From: Azolla caroliniana
Taxonomy: Eukaryota > Plantae > Polypodiophyta
DNA: 64,000 nucleotides
NCBI GenBank assembly: GCA_043228905.1
Contig: JBHGNT010000013.1
Coordinates: 10,540,001-10,604,000 of the forward strand
Direction: 5' to 3'
This document shows, piece by piece, positions 23,585-36,562 of this stretch (position 1 is its first letter; each line of letters starts with the position of its first letter). The position numbers and the translations under genes are program-made. The notes below the pieces were generated by a model that saw only the letters and a list, made by a program, of their open reading frames with translations, made no database searches and was not told where the DNA came from.

Positions 23585-26570
23585 TCACATAGCAATCAAA
23601 TCGTCAACGTCATTATCTTCTTCATCCCTTATAGAAGTCTCTTCGGTTATAAGTGCATTGTCTTCCCTTGTTAGCTGAGCCACCGTAAGATCTTCTATAA
23701 GCTCATCATCAAGCTCAATTAGCTCCCCCGGTTCACCGGGCAATAGAGGAATAGGCTCTCGTGAAGCAGGTGGAAACCTTTCGGCATTAGCGATGTGCTT
23801 TGCACCAACCTCCTCATCTTGGTCTAGGCATACCCACAAGGCCATAATCCTCATATTTATAAATATAACCTGCTCCTTTTCCTTCTCCAACGCAAAAGTG
23901 TTTCGGAAGAGCTTCAATGCACATGCAAACGTTGTCCATGTGAAAAATGCGACAAGAAGAATTGGTTTTCAAACAAAAAAGAATCGGTATTGATTATCTC
24001 AACAACATAATCCTAGTTCGAGGAATACATGTGCCAGAAAACAGGTCTAATATCCAATCTCCTTCTACAAAGAACATTTTGATCATGCACATCATAAGTC
24101 ATTAAGGTTCTTGGTATGGGTTGACAAGTCCCCATTTTGTCGTTGTGATGTGTCGCAATTTCCGTGTCACTGCTGGATATACCAGCAGATTTGAACCTCC
24201 GACTTCATTAGAATGCCCCTTGATTCTTTGCTTCTTTATTTCATCGAAGTAGCCCACCATAATGTACTCAATGGCATTTACAAAATGAAAGGTTGGCCCT
24301 CTATTGACGTTGGTTTTTATCCTATAACAAATATTGTATCAAGTTAAGAATAGATTCAATAAATTAGGAAAGGAAGAATAGTGAATGAGACTTATAAATA
24401 ATCCTTACCAAGCAAGGTTCTCAATGCCATGGCAACGAGATCTCAAAGCACTTTCTGGATCATGTCAAGGATATCGCCACAAATCACATTGTAATAAAGA
24501 TCTTTGGTAATGTCTTTCTTGTGGCTAAAACTTTTTGAAAGAGGCATCTTCTTCAATTTCATACGCCTTGACTATGCGACGATCCTTTTCTTTTCTAGCT
24601 CTCTTAAGATGTGCAAGGAAGGATGTTGGGAAATCGTGTATATTCTTGACTTCTCCTGGTTTCTTGCCACGACATAGTTTCTAATAGAGGCAATAAGACA
24701 TCGAGTATTATTACACAACCTCTACATAGAAAGAAAACTTTATTAAAAAAACCAATACTAACCCAATCCTTGAATGCAATCAAATACTCGGATAACGCCT
24801 TATATGAAGACGTTAGAGGGTAATCCTCGATCACTTGTTCCCAAGTTATACATCCAAGTTGTTTCATCATAACTTCTTGGATCTTCATATACACCTTATG
24901 ACTGTGAAATCACACAAATAGAGATTAGAACTTTATATAAACCATATTTGTTTCAATTAGCTATTTGAGAAGACTTACTTATTGAACTTAGTGACCATTT
25001 CTTCAACGCTTAATTCTTTCGCCACAACCCTTGACAAAACAGACACCAGAAGTTGCTCCTCCTTAATGCCTTGCATTGCTCTCCACAAAGACAACTTCAT
25101 GTCGTCGGCCGCTTCTTCAATAGTCAAATCAATTTTCTTCGGCACTTGTGACTTTAATTCAAGTTGGGGGTCTCCCTTACATTTCTTTTGTCCTTGACCC
25201 TTAACCTCCTTATTCTCCCACATCAAAAAACTTTGATCTTGTAGGTCCCACACTTCTCCATCTCTAAATGCCAGTTGAAACCATGACTCATATTTAGGAA
25301 GACCATCCGACTTAACATTATCATCCACCACAATGCCAACCTCAAGAAGGCATTGAAGTCGTAAGTCGGGGTGTAGCCTTACACCGAACTTTTGTTTGAC
25401 GTCCTGGTATTCATGGTGGAAGAACCTTATCCATTCGATGGATGACATTTTCTGCCTGTAGTCATTATCATTTTTGTGGTCCCATGGCAAGAGCTTTGCC
25501 TCTTTAGTTGTGAGGCCCACGTGTATTTTGCACTCGGCATACTTGAAGAAGAAAGTGGTTGGGTGCTCTCTAACAAGTTGTCGACGTGCTTCAGCCGAAT
25601 GTGATCCACCAATTACAAAGTAATTGTATTGATCATGCTCCGTGATACAAGTTGTCAAAGTCCTTAGTTGTGAAACATTCTCCAGTATCCACCATTACAA
25701 TAAAAGGCACAATTGTAGCATGTGGATTTATTTTCATTTTTTTCTTGAGATTTTGAACATGCATTCGGTAAGGCTCTCTGATTTCAAGTGGTCTTCGTCC
25801 TGTTTTCACATCTACTGGTGGTCTATGAATGTGTGTTATAGGCAAATTGAAGGCTTTCTCTTTTCTCACCAGTTTCCGCTACATTAACTCTCTGCGAATC
25901 TTATTCTACTTAGATGACAAGACACCGGATGCTAGCTCAGCACCTGGTGTCGCCCTAGTTTCCTCATCTTCAATTGAGCTTGATGATTTAGACTCTAACA
26001 TTTTTGCCATATTCTTTTCTGCCGGTTTCAATTGCACCTTTGACGCCTTTTTTGGGGCCTTTACCGAGGATGGCGAAACATCCCTTAGAGTTTTGTGGCC
26101 TTATATATATGGTCTCAAGGTTACAATTAGATTTTGGGAACTCTCAAGATTGAGTTTAAAAGATTCAGGCCCACAATACTTCTTAACAAGCCGATCTTCC
26201 CAGAGGCACACTTTACGTACTCCCTTAGAGCAGTCTATCATGACAAGAATGTTGATGGAATCAGAATTTTCATAGTCAAATCATAAATATGGCGATACAT
26301 AAAAGGAGTGTCTTTTTCAAGGTGATCGTTGCCCTTCTTCTTTGCAGTATACAACATGACTTTCTTCTTCGAATCAACGTACTGCATACACCATTCATTG
26401 TTCGTTAGGACAAGGTCAGGAAGGTCCTCACCACCAGGAGCTGCTAACATCTTTTTCTGGCAAACTTCATCAGATGGTTGAGATTTCGTCTCCGCATTGA
26501 AGAGAAGCTTCTTTCCTCCACGTTCTGGGTAACTACTTATTTCTGGGTCTCTACCAGAGAGCCCTGATAT
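23585..26570 (-). pseudogene. ParB/Srx-like domain + beta-class N6A/N4C DNA methyltransferase fusion, copy 1 (intron-containing, decayed)
   Basis: LEIREP...VQNLKKKM...PFIVMV...YFVIGGSHSAEA (ParB-like), then NPYQEP...DWILDLFSGT/GTTFACALKLFRNTFALEKE (motifs X, I, II). The DIPY segment is deleted near 24460. Confidence 0.8.
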
Positions 26571-27062
26571 CAGAGCTTGATTTTCTTAACAGGTCGGTCC
26601 GATAAGTTCTCAAACGACCTATTGAAGACAGGACGCGGAAACTATATGTTAGTTGGGTCCTAACATTTAGGCTACCTAACAAATTTACCATAGGTAGACT
26701 AAGACTAAGACTAGCAAGCGACTCGTGTCAGTCCCTTTATTTAAATTAATGTTTGAGGTAAAAATCATAGACCTTTATTGTAGATGTAAATTTGTTACAG
26801 CCTATGTAACTCAGAAAATTGTAATTCTTAAGAATTTTGCTAGGACATATTTCATATCGGATCATAGGTAAGGTCACATTGATATCATAACCCTAATTTG
26901 TGTGATATTTTCTAGTGTTTTAATCAACTTTAGGTCAAGTTCCATATTTTAGCAATGCTGCTGAATGTTACAAAATCAAGCAATTGTTTAAAAAAATGTC
27001 TTAATTTTCCATCTAAATTGGTGTCTGGACACATATATGCCAATAATTTTTTGAAAACACAT

Positions 27063-27486
27063 TATTTCGATATGGCGTATCGAGTTTCTATTTAAAGTAG
27101 GGGTTTTTTAATAAGAACTTGATGTCCCGTATCAAGTTCGTTTCTAAAACCCTCTACTGTAAACAAGAACTCGATACGCCGTATCGAGTTCCTGATACGA
27201 GGAAGTCTTTTAAATAGGAACTCGCCGTATCGAGTTCCTGTTGTCAATCACCACTTTCAATAGCAACTCCGTTCCTTTTGAAAACGCCTACTTTAAACAG
27301 GAACTCGATACGCCGTATCGAGTTCTAGAGTAAAGTGGGTGTTTGCAACACGAACTCAATACGCCATATCGAGTTCCTGTTTAAAAGACTCTCTCGGATC
27401 AAGAACTCGATACATCGTATCAAGGTCATGTTGATAAAAGAGGCTTTTAAACAGGAACTCGATACGTCGTATCGAGTTCCTGTTTG
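27063..27486. repeat. Array of ~9 palindromes with short variable spacers (period ~51 bp)
   Basis: Consensus ACAGGAACTCGATAC-GCC-GTATCGAGTTCCTGT. Cleanest copies at ~27165, 27298 and 27451. Confidence 0.9.
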
Positions 27487-27562
27487 AATGAGAGTTATGA
27501 TGTGTATATAGATGGCTGAAAATTTAATAAATATAAGAGGGTCCGTACAATGGTGTTGCTTA

Positions 27563-27738
27563 CCTGGAATCTATGCGGTTAAGCTTCTTTGAAGACATGA
27601 TTTTTGGGTTGGGTGTTGACAGTGAGATCGACGATTGTTGTTGCACTTGTGTAGCTTTTCGTGCTCTGGGCTCTATGTGCTCTGAGTGCTCGTGTAGCGT
27701 GTGTGAGATCTACAAATGAGGAGGTCTTCCTATTTATA
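27563..27738 (-). promoter_or_regulatory. Putative TATA box and first non-coding exon of ParB-MTase copy 1
   Basis: CCTATAAATAGG on the minus strand at 27729-27740, followed by a CAG|GTAAGC splice donor at 27563. Confidence 0.5.
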
Positions 27739-27849
27739 GGGCTTGATCACGGTGGTTAAAGTAACTGTGGTTAGTCTAACCATAGTTGGTTACCTACAAG
27801 TTAGTTAGTTAGACCTAAAAGATAGTTTGTTAGACTTTAGTACACTTTG

Positions 27850-27938
27850 TTAAATACTCAAACCAACATATTTATGATTCTCTTATGTTTATGATTAAAT
27901 GTGATGGTCATGAATAAAACAATGATTGAATAGCCCAA
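27850..27938 (+). repeat. ~76-bp AT-rich tandem repeat, continuing at 38829-39003 after the Sola2 insertion
   Basis: Unit AACCAACATATTTATGA(T/C)TCTC...CATGAAT...AATG.TTGAATACTCA occurs on both sides of the insertion. Confidence 0.75.
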
Positions 27939-28291
27939 GGGTGAAAGCATGCGAGTAGAAACAATTAGTTATGTCCTTGACATAGCTAATTAGCTATGGA
28001 AAAAGCTACCATTGATAAATAGTCATTTTAGTAAAAAGCCATCATTAATAAATTAAGTATGCAAAAAACTACCATTGAAAATACTAGAGTGTTTTAATTA
28101 CATATGTAAATGAGTGCCATAAATGTGCAACATAAATTGATGTGTGCACCATAAATGTGTACCATAAATTATATATCGAATTCCTAGGTCCATTATGCAT
28201 GATCCTTTGCCACATCACGTAGGCCATCTCTAGTTGAGTACTATGGGTTAGTTGCTACCACTGTTGCTAAACCCTATCGAGTCCACCTGCC

Positions 28292-28870
28292 GCCACTCTA
28301 CACTAAGGGGCCGCTACTGTGCGTTCCAAGCATCATTAAAGAGCTGCTCAATCTGACGGGGTTCTCTTCTCTGTGACACTCTACACTCAGGGGCCACTAC
28401 TGTGCATTCCAAGCATCATCAAAGAGTTGTTCAATCTGACAGGGTTCTCTTCTCTATGCCACTCTACACTCAGGGGCCACTACTGTGCGTTCCAAGCATC
28501 ATCAAAGAGTTGTTCAATCTGACGGGGTTCTCTTCTCTGTGCCACTCTACACTCAGGGGCCGCTATTGTGCGTTCCAAGCATCATCAAAGAGTTGTTCAA
28601 TCTGACGGGGTTCTCTTCTCTTTGCCACTCTACACTCAGGGGCCGCTACTGTGCGTTCCAAGCATCATCAAAGAGCTATTCAATCTGACAGGGTTCTCTT
28701 CTCTTTTCCACTCTCACTCAGGGGTCGCTACTGTGCGTTTCAAGCATCATTGGTAACTGTTCAATCTGACGGGGTTCTCTTCTTTGTGCCACTCTACTCT
28801 CAGGTGCCTTCTATGTGCGTTCCAAGCATCATTGGTAACTGTTCAATCTGACGGGGTTCTCTCCTCCATT
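28292..28870 (+). repeat. 83-bp tandem repeat, ~7 copies, upstream of the Sola2 transposase
   Basis: Recurring GCCACTCTACACTCAGGGGCC...TTCAATCTGACGGGGTTCTCTTCTC; ORF starts are spaced 83 bp apart. Confidence 0.93.
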
Positions 28871-29195
28871 GCCATCATTCTATACTCAGTTGCCGCTATT
28901 GTCCAGTCCCGGATTGCTTCCACATTTCGATTTGACGGAGTTCGCTCATCCAACGGCAACATTCTACACTCAGTTGTTGCCATTGGTCGGTCTTGGATCG
29001 CCTCCTCAACTGTTCGATCCAACGGAGTGAAATCCTCTATTGTTCGGTCTTGGATTGCAATAACTTTTCTGTCTATTGATTATCTTGTGTATTGTTGTGT
29101 CTAATCTTGTGTATTGTGGAATATTTTTGTGTATTGTTGTTGCCCATAGCCATCTTTAATACTTGTTTTTTTTTCTGGAAATTTAGGGTTTTAAC

Positions 29196-32100
29196 ATGTC
29201 CAGCCAAATGGAAGGGGAAGAAGGGTGTTTAGAATTACCCCTCAATGATCATAAGGATAGGGATGATGCTATCAGGACACAACAAGCGATACGAAACTAT
29301 TGGGCAGAAAAAAAAAGGAAACATCGTCAATTGTTGAAGGATACGAAAGCCACACTCAGTAAAGGTAAGGATAGTTTAGCTGAGAATGTAAGTAATGCGA
29401 CTACCATCATAGAGAGAAAGGGTGTAGACTATTTCAATGTTCAAACCAAGCACATTAGCAATGAAGAAAAGAAGGTAGTACTTTATGGAATATGTAATGA
29501 TCCATCGATAAAGGACTTAGTTGATTGTGATGGTCTTAATGCAAACATATCATCTATTTTAGTAAATAATCTTCGTAATAGTTTCGTATCCATGAGCAGG
29601 TCAGAAGATGATCTTGTCTTAAAAAGGTCTAGTCTAATGATGTTACTTAATAGTGATGTTGACGATATAAACATCAGTGAGCTATCTAAGGTAATTGGTG
29701 TTAGTAGAAAAACAGTGTACAATACAATGAACCGTATAATTTCCTTGGGTGAAGGAACTAGTCTACTAAAGCTAACTACAAGATGTAAGCCAATGACACC
29801 CATAACATTTGAAATCAAGGATGTAATCACAATGTTTTGGACTAATGAGAGTAGGGTTTCACCCAATAAAAAGGATTTATGCAAGAAAAATGTTGGAAGA
29901 AATCAATACGAGGAGCATCCCATTCATCTTCTTGACGTACCTCAAGTATTTACATTTATCTCAACATTTGTTTTGACTCTACTCGGAAAGTTAATTAGCT
30001 CAGTTAGCAGAAAAGCTAATTAGCTTATCAGTTACATTTACCTCAGTTAGCTACTAGGATATCTACTACATAGGTAACTGGCTACTCTCAATAGCTACTA
30101 CCATGATAGCAAATTAGCTATTCTCAATAGCTAATTTAGGTACTACCAGATAATTAGTTGTACTAGTAGCTAGTTAGCTATCATGGTAGCTAGTTAGCTA
30201 TTTCGTTATTACCAGCTAATTAGCTACTAGGAAAGCTAATTAGCTACCATGATAGCTAATTAGCTACTATGATAGCTACTACATAGGTAACTGGCTACTC
30301 TCAATAGCTACTACCATGATAGCTAATTAGCTATTCTCAATAGCTAATTTAGGTACTACCAGATAATTAGCTGTACTGGTAGCTAGTTAGCTATCATGGT
30401 AGCTAGTTTGCTATTTCGTTATTACCAGCTAATTAGCTACTAGGAAAGCTAATTAGCTACCATGATAGCTAATTAGCTACTATGATAGCTACTACATAGG
30501 TAACTGGCTACTCTCAATAGCTACTACCATGATAGCTAATTAGCTATTCTCAATAGCTAATTTAGGTACTACCAGATAATTAGCTGTACTGGTAGCTAGT
30601 TAGCTATCATGGTAGCTAGTTTGCTATTTCGTTATTACCAGCTAATTAGCTACTAGGAAAGCTAATTAGCTACCATGATAGCTAATTAGCTTACTAGGAT
30701 AGCTAATTAGCCACCGTGATAGCTAATTAGCTACTAGACCAGCTAATTTGCTACCATGATAGCTAATTAGCTACTAGACCAGCTAATTTGCTACCATGAT
30801 AGCTAATTAGTTAGGACAGCTAATTAGCCATCATTATAGCTAATTAGCTACTAGACCAGCTAATTAGCTACCATGATAGCTAATTAGCTACTAGACCAGC
30901 TAATTAGCTACCATGATAGCTAATTAGTTACTAGGACAGCTAATTAGCCACCATGATAGCTAATTAGCTACTAGACCCGCTAATTAGCTACCATGATAGC
31001 TAATTAGCTACTAGATCAGCTAATTAGCTACCATGATAGCTAATTAGTTACTAGGAAAGCTAATTAGCCACCATGATAGCTAATTAGCTACTAGAGCAAC
31101 TAATTAGCTATTAGAGCAGCTAATTAGCTACCATGATAGCTAATTAGCTACTAGAATAGCTAATTAGCTACCATGATAGCTAATTAGCTACCACAACAGC
31201 TAATTAGTTGCCATGATAGCTAATTAGCTACTAGGACAGCTAATTAGCTACCATGATAGCTAATTAGCTACTAGGATAGTTAGCTAGTTACGAGAATAAC
31301 TAATTCCCCTTTATTACGCAGGTCGATTTATTTATTAGGTTCAAACAAATGCATCCAACTATCAAAGTTCAACTACGAACATTCGAGTCTCTTAAGCCAC
31401 ACTTTGTGAGATGCTTAAAGGATCGATACACATGTTGTTGCATTTACCATGTACAGATGGGTTTTCTGAAGGACTCTGTTAATCTACTACGTCATCATAG
31501 CGCATCCCTAACTAATACAGTTTGCACATGTGGGTGCCCAATCTGTCGATCAAGCCCGCAAGAGGAGTGTAAATCATCTGAGCACGTTATCTCTTCCATG
31601 AGTTATTTATTAGATTCAATATTGTGTCCGAGAGAAACTGACGCTATCTTCCATATTCATAAATGTGTCATGGGTTTATGTCAAGATTGTGGCCCTACTA
31701 GATTTAGGTGGTGTCCAAATGAATTGAGTAGTGAAATATTGATCTTTGTGAAGTTATTTGAGTCAGTGAACACTAATTTCGAAGGAAAGGTGTGTAAAAG
31801 AAAGGATCTAGTTCGGAAGATGCTTAAACCAAGGGATTTGGTGTCTTTGTTTGTAGTATCTCTAGGAAAGTTCATTAAACACAACTTCATTTATTCATGG
31901 CAGGCCCATCAGTTTAAGACTTGCATATCTGATTTCCCAAATGATGTAGTAGTCTCAGTAGTAGATTTCGCAGAGAATTATACTTTCAAGCAGCAGAATG
32001 AAATTCAATCTATGCATTGGTGTTTAGTTCAGGTAACCATTTTTGTGCACATAACATATTTTCGAGTTTCAGGTGATGTTCAAAAAGTAATTCATTTCTT

Positions 32101-33163
32101 TATTTCCGATGATAAGAAGCATGATACCTTGTTCGTCCAACACTGTTTTAAGTTACATTGGCAGTGGTTATTAGCTCAACGTTTGGAGCTTACTCAACAT
32201 TGGGTCTGGTCTGACGGAGTTGCGTCACAATTCAAGGCTCGACGTCCATTTTATTTTGTGGGGAGGTATCCTGCTATAACAGGTTTGGAGATGAGATGGA
32301 ATTTTTTTGGGTCTGGCCATGGTAAAGGTGAACATGATGGTGCAGGGGCTGTTATAAAGCGGGCACTTACCCATGAACAACTAAAGACAGATGGTGTGCA
32401 CATGAATTGTGCATCACATGTAGTTGAATTTTTAAGAACAAATATGTCAACGAGTGCCACAGGTGTTTATTCCTCGCAAGTCCAAGATATCAAACGTGAA
32501 TTTTGGGAAGTGAAGATAGATGAAGTAAATAGGGAGAAGACCTGGGAGTGCCAAGGAATTCCCAAATTGCGATCTCTGCATGTTGTTCGCGGTTATTCCA
32601 GGTTGGATGGTCATTGTATTGCAGTTAGAGAATTGACTTGTTTTTTCTTCCATTGTGTGCAGGGAAATTGGAGATATTGTCTAAATAAAGCATACATTCA
32701 GAATTGGGAGTATCACACTCTGAATGATAAGGAAGCAGTTGATGGAGAAACAGGGCAGAATGCTGACTTCACATATGAGGGACTTGGAGATACTTTGAGT
32801 GATGTCCTAAACGTTGGGGATAACTTCGCTGTAAATGCTGAAGAAGTCAATTCAGAGGGTGTTGATTTCTATATATTGAAGTGCACTGTTAGTAAACAGT
32901 GTGAAAGGCAAAATATAGTAGATGCATGGGGAAATTTTGTATCTGCCGGGACATTCTACATCGAAGGCATTTTTTATGCAAAACTAGATGACTACGAATA
33001 TGTGTACAGGCTGTTAGAAGACAAACCAGCGGCGTATATGTACTCTCATTTGGTCAGGTGCATCAACGTCCCAATGTCAGAATACAATAGTTGCTCCGGT
33101 TTATACACTGTTGGTGCTAATGTGTATGAATGTATTTACAATAGTATGCCATGGAATTTGTAG
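29196..33163 (+). CDS. Sola2-type DDD transposase, two exons (29196-29945, 31322-33163), ~863 aa, frame open
   Basis: GT at 29946 and CAG at 31319-31321 join HLLDVPQ|VDLFIRFKQMHP in frame. Motifs VDFAENY, EIQSMHW, ISDDKKHD, WSDG..SQFK, GHGKGEHDGAG. Cys-rich region. Confidence 0.85.
29990..31290. repeat. Intronic satellite of the palindrome TAGCTAATTAGCTA (20-bp monomers; 213-bp higher-order unit x3)
   Basis: ACTACATAGGTAACTGG recurs at 30065, 30278 and 30491; 20-bp period from ~30700. Confidence 0.95.
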
Positions 33164-35324
33164 CTACAAGTAGCACTTACCATGTTCTCTTGTAAAACGA
33201 ACATATATTTCGCGAAAACAGTTAAATAAATTCGTTTGGAATCAATTTCTTGCATACAGTCTCAATCACAATGCTTCTTTCTCAATAAAATCATGTCTTT
33301 TTTGTTAAGTTTTAAGTTATAAGTTATAGCGAAATAGTCATCAGTAGCTAATTAGTTGTACAAATGTAGCTAATTAGCTGTCAATAGCTAAATAGTCATC
33401 AATAGCATGAAATCAACAATCTACAACATATTCCTCAAATTACACAGTACATAAGTACAGTGGGAACAAGTAATTAAATTCTTCATTGAATAATTTCATC
33501 TCTTTACATATTTATAAATTACCATTGGAAATGTCTACAAATCTCCTATAAACAGCTAAGCTCTTGCTAGTCAGTGGAACGAGTCTACATATATTATCCG
33601 CATATCGAGCTCGGTATGGAGTCCACAACCATGCACCTAGTTGGCAGCTCACTGTTTGCACCAGGTACTGTTCAGGCATTTCCTCGGGTAGAATGAGACA
33701 GCATCTTCGAATATTGTAGTGCCGGAAATGTTCTGTATCCAAAATCAATGTATTGTCGGCATTATATTCAGGCCAAGTAGCCCAAAAATCAGAAAGTCTC
33801 TTGAATCTTGCAGCTTCCATTTGGTCACAATTTTCTCGTGCCCATTGACCTTTAAAACGACTTCGCCATTTTGGGAAGAATCTTGCCAAACACTTCCACA
33901 CATCTGATTTTGGTTTTTCACTCCAAATAAACAAATCAAAGTATTCCACAGCCCACTCTAGAAACCGATTCGCGTCCCTCCTTGGCTGCATATATCTCAC
34001 ACTCATCAAGACTTTATCAAGCTCCAAGATCAAGGCTCTTCTTTCGACTTCTAGTGGTTTAGGTTTCCATTCCTGAAATTGAGCCGCTATTACACCATTT
34101 TCTGGTAGGATACGATCAATCTCAATCAACTCAGGTTCGGCCGACACAACTGGCGTCCTTTTCCTCTTCAAACCCCTAGTCGATTGTGTTGGGCCTGGCT
34201 TCACATTCTGGTGCTCTTGTTTTGTCGACTTAGTTATCAATCCTTGGATTACCTCGGTGCATGTAGCTACTGATCTGCTTGATATCAGTCCACTGGTATC
34301 ACATGCTGCATCTACCTGCAACACCAAGTCATCTGTGCTACATGCTGCATCTACCTGCAACACCAAGTCATCCGTGCGACATGCGTGATCAACTTGTGTG
34401 ACCAGATCACTTGTGTTAGTTGCTACATCTACTTTCAAGATGGGGCCCTTTAAACATGCCGCAATATCAACAGTATCCACACTGCCATTGGCCTTACGAG
34501 CAATAGAATCAAACCCTTTAGACTCTGCAACATCAGAAAACACTAACATATTCACACTCACAAAGTAACTAACAGTCTCACAAAACAATATCCTGAACAT
34601 CAAAGAGTTTCAGTCATAGAACAACACTCTTCAAATTATCTTGGAAAAACATCATAGAGTTCCATTACATAATGTGGATCAAGCAACAACCAATCTGAGG
34701 TTTTACTTGTCCAACAGGATAGTAAAACTTCATAAAACCCTAGCAAAATCCCTAAGCTAACAATCATATCCAACTAAACAGTATTTCGCTCCACTACGTC
34801 TGGGCCCCTTGACCGAGTAACTGGTCTTGTTCCCGATCGTGGCCCCTTCTTTAGCCTTTTTCTGGTTGGTTCCCCATTTAGCCTCGCTTCTTTCACCCAA
34901 TGCGCAAGTGTGTCCTCCTCTGACAACCTTCCCATCGCCTCAGCAGCTAATTGCACATCAGCCGTTTCTTGAACTAGCTTTTCAAGTACAGAGGGATCTG
35001 TTTGGACATTTTCAGTAGTTGGGCTCGATGGGGTGGAATCAAGGTCTTGAGACTCGAAGAAATGTTGCATCAAGTGTTCATAAACATTGTTGTTGTGAAC
35101 CTCTGTTTTACATGTCTTTTCCACTATTTCATGGCATTTCACATCGTTGCCTAATTCAGTACACTGTTCCAAAAGAATAGGGTGGAGCTGATCTGAAGGA
35201 GATGTGATAGCAGGACTCTTACTTTCAGCCACGTTGGCAGTAGTATCCTCATCTATTGCAGCGTCATCAGCACCAGACACATCATGTGTCGTCCTTAATC
35301 CACAAGATTCTACAATAACATGGC

Positions 35325-36562
35325 AGCTATTTAGGATAGCTAATTAGCTACTTTACTAAACTATGGTAGAAGCTAGGATAGCTAATTAGCTAGTACGATA
35401 GCTAATTAGCTAGTATGATAGCTAATTAGCTACTCTACTCAACTATGGTAGTAGCTAGGATAACTAATTAACTACTATGGTAGCTAATTAGCTACTTTAC
35501 TCAACTATGGTAGTAGCTAGGATAGCTAATTAGCTACTTTACTCAACTATGGTAGTAGCTAGGATAGCTAATTAGCTACTTTACTAACTATGGTAGTAGC
35601 TAGGATAGCTAATTAGCTATTATGGTAGCTAATTAGCTACTTTACTCAACTATGGTAGTAGCTAGGATAGCTAATTAGCTACTTTACTCAACTATGGTAG
35701 TAGCTAGGATAGCTAATTAGCTACTTTACTCAACTATGGTAGTAGTTAGGATAGCTAATTAGCTACTTTACTATGGTAGTAGCTAGGATAGCTAATTAGC
35801 TAGTAGGATAGCTAATTAGCTACAATGAAAGCTAATTAGTTACTTTCTCAACTATGTAGTAGCTAGGATAGCTTATTAGCTACTAGGATAGCTAATTAGC
35901 TGCCAGTAGCTAATTAGCTATCCTAGCTACTACCATAGTTGAGTAAAGTAGCTAATTACTCAACTATGGTAGTAGCTAGGATAGCTTATTAGCTACTTTA
36001 CACAACTATGGCAGTAGCTAATTAGCTACTATGATAGCTAATTAGCTAGTAGGATAGCTAATTAGTTACTATGATAGCTAGTAGGATAGCTTATTAGCTA
36101 CTTTACACAACTATGGCAGTAGCTAATTAGCTACTATGATAGCTAATTAGCTAGTAGGATAGCTAATTAGTTGCCAGTAGCTAATTAGCTACTAGGATAG
36201 CTAATTAGCTAGTAGGATAGCTAATTAGTTGCCAGTAGCTAATTAGCTAGTAGGATAGCTAATTAGCTTTTTTACACAACTATGGTACTAGCTAATTAGC
36301 TAGTACCATAGCTAATTAGCTACTAGGATAGCTAATTAGCTGCTAGTAGCTAATTAGCTACTAGGATAGCTTATTAGCTACTTTACACAACTATGGCAGT
36401 AGCTAATTAGTTACTAGGATAGCTAATTAGTTGCCAATGGCTAATTAGCTAGTAGGATAGCTAATTAGCTTTTTTACACAACTATGGTACTAGCTAATTA
36501 GCTAGTAACATAGCTAATTAGCTACTAGGATAGCTAATTAGAAAAGACTAAGCTTATTAGCT
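35325..36562. repeat. Second intronic TAGCTAATTAGCTA satellite
   Basis: Same palindrome, interleaved with CTTTACTCAACTATGGTAG; lies between cargo-gene exons. Confidence 0.93.

Noticed and set aside
27063-27486. True CRISPR array
   Set aside because: No cas genes, eukaryotic TE context, spacers are short (~16-20 bp) and related to each other, and the repeats are degenerate throughout.
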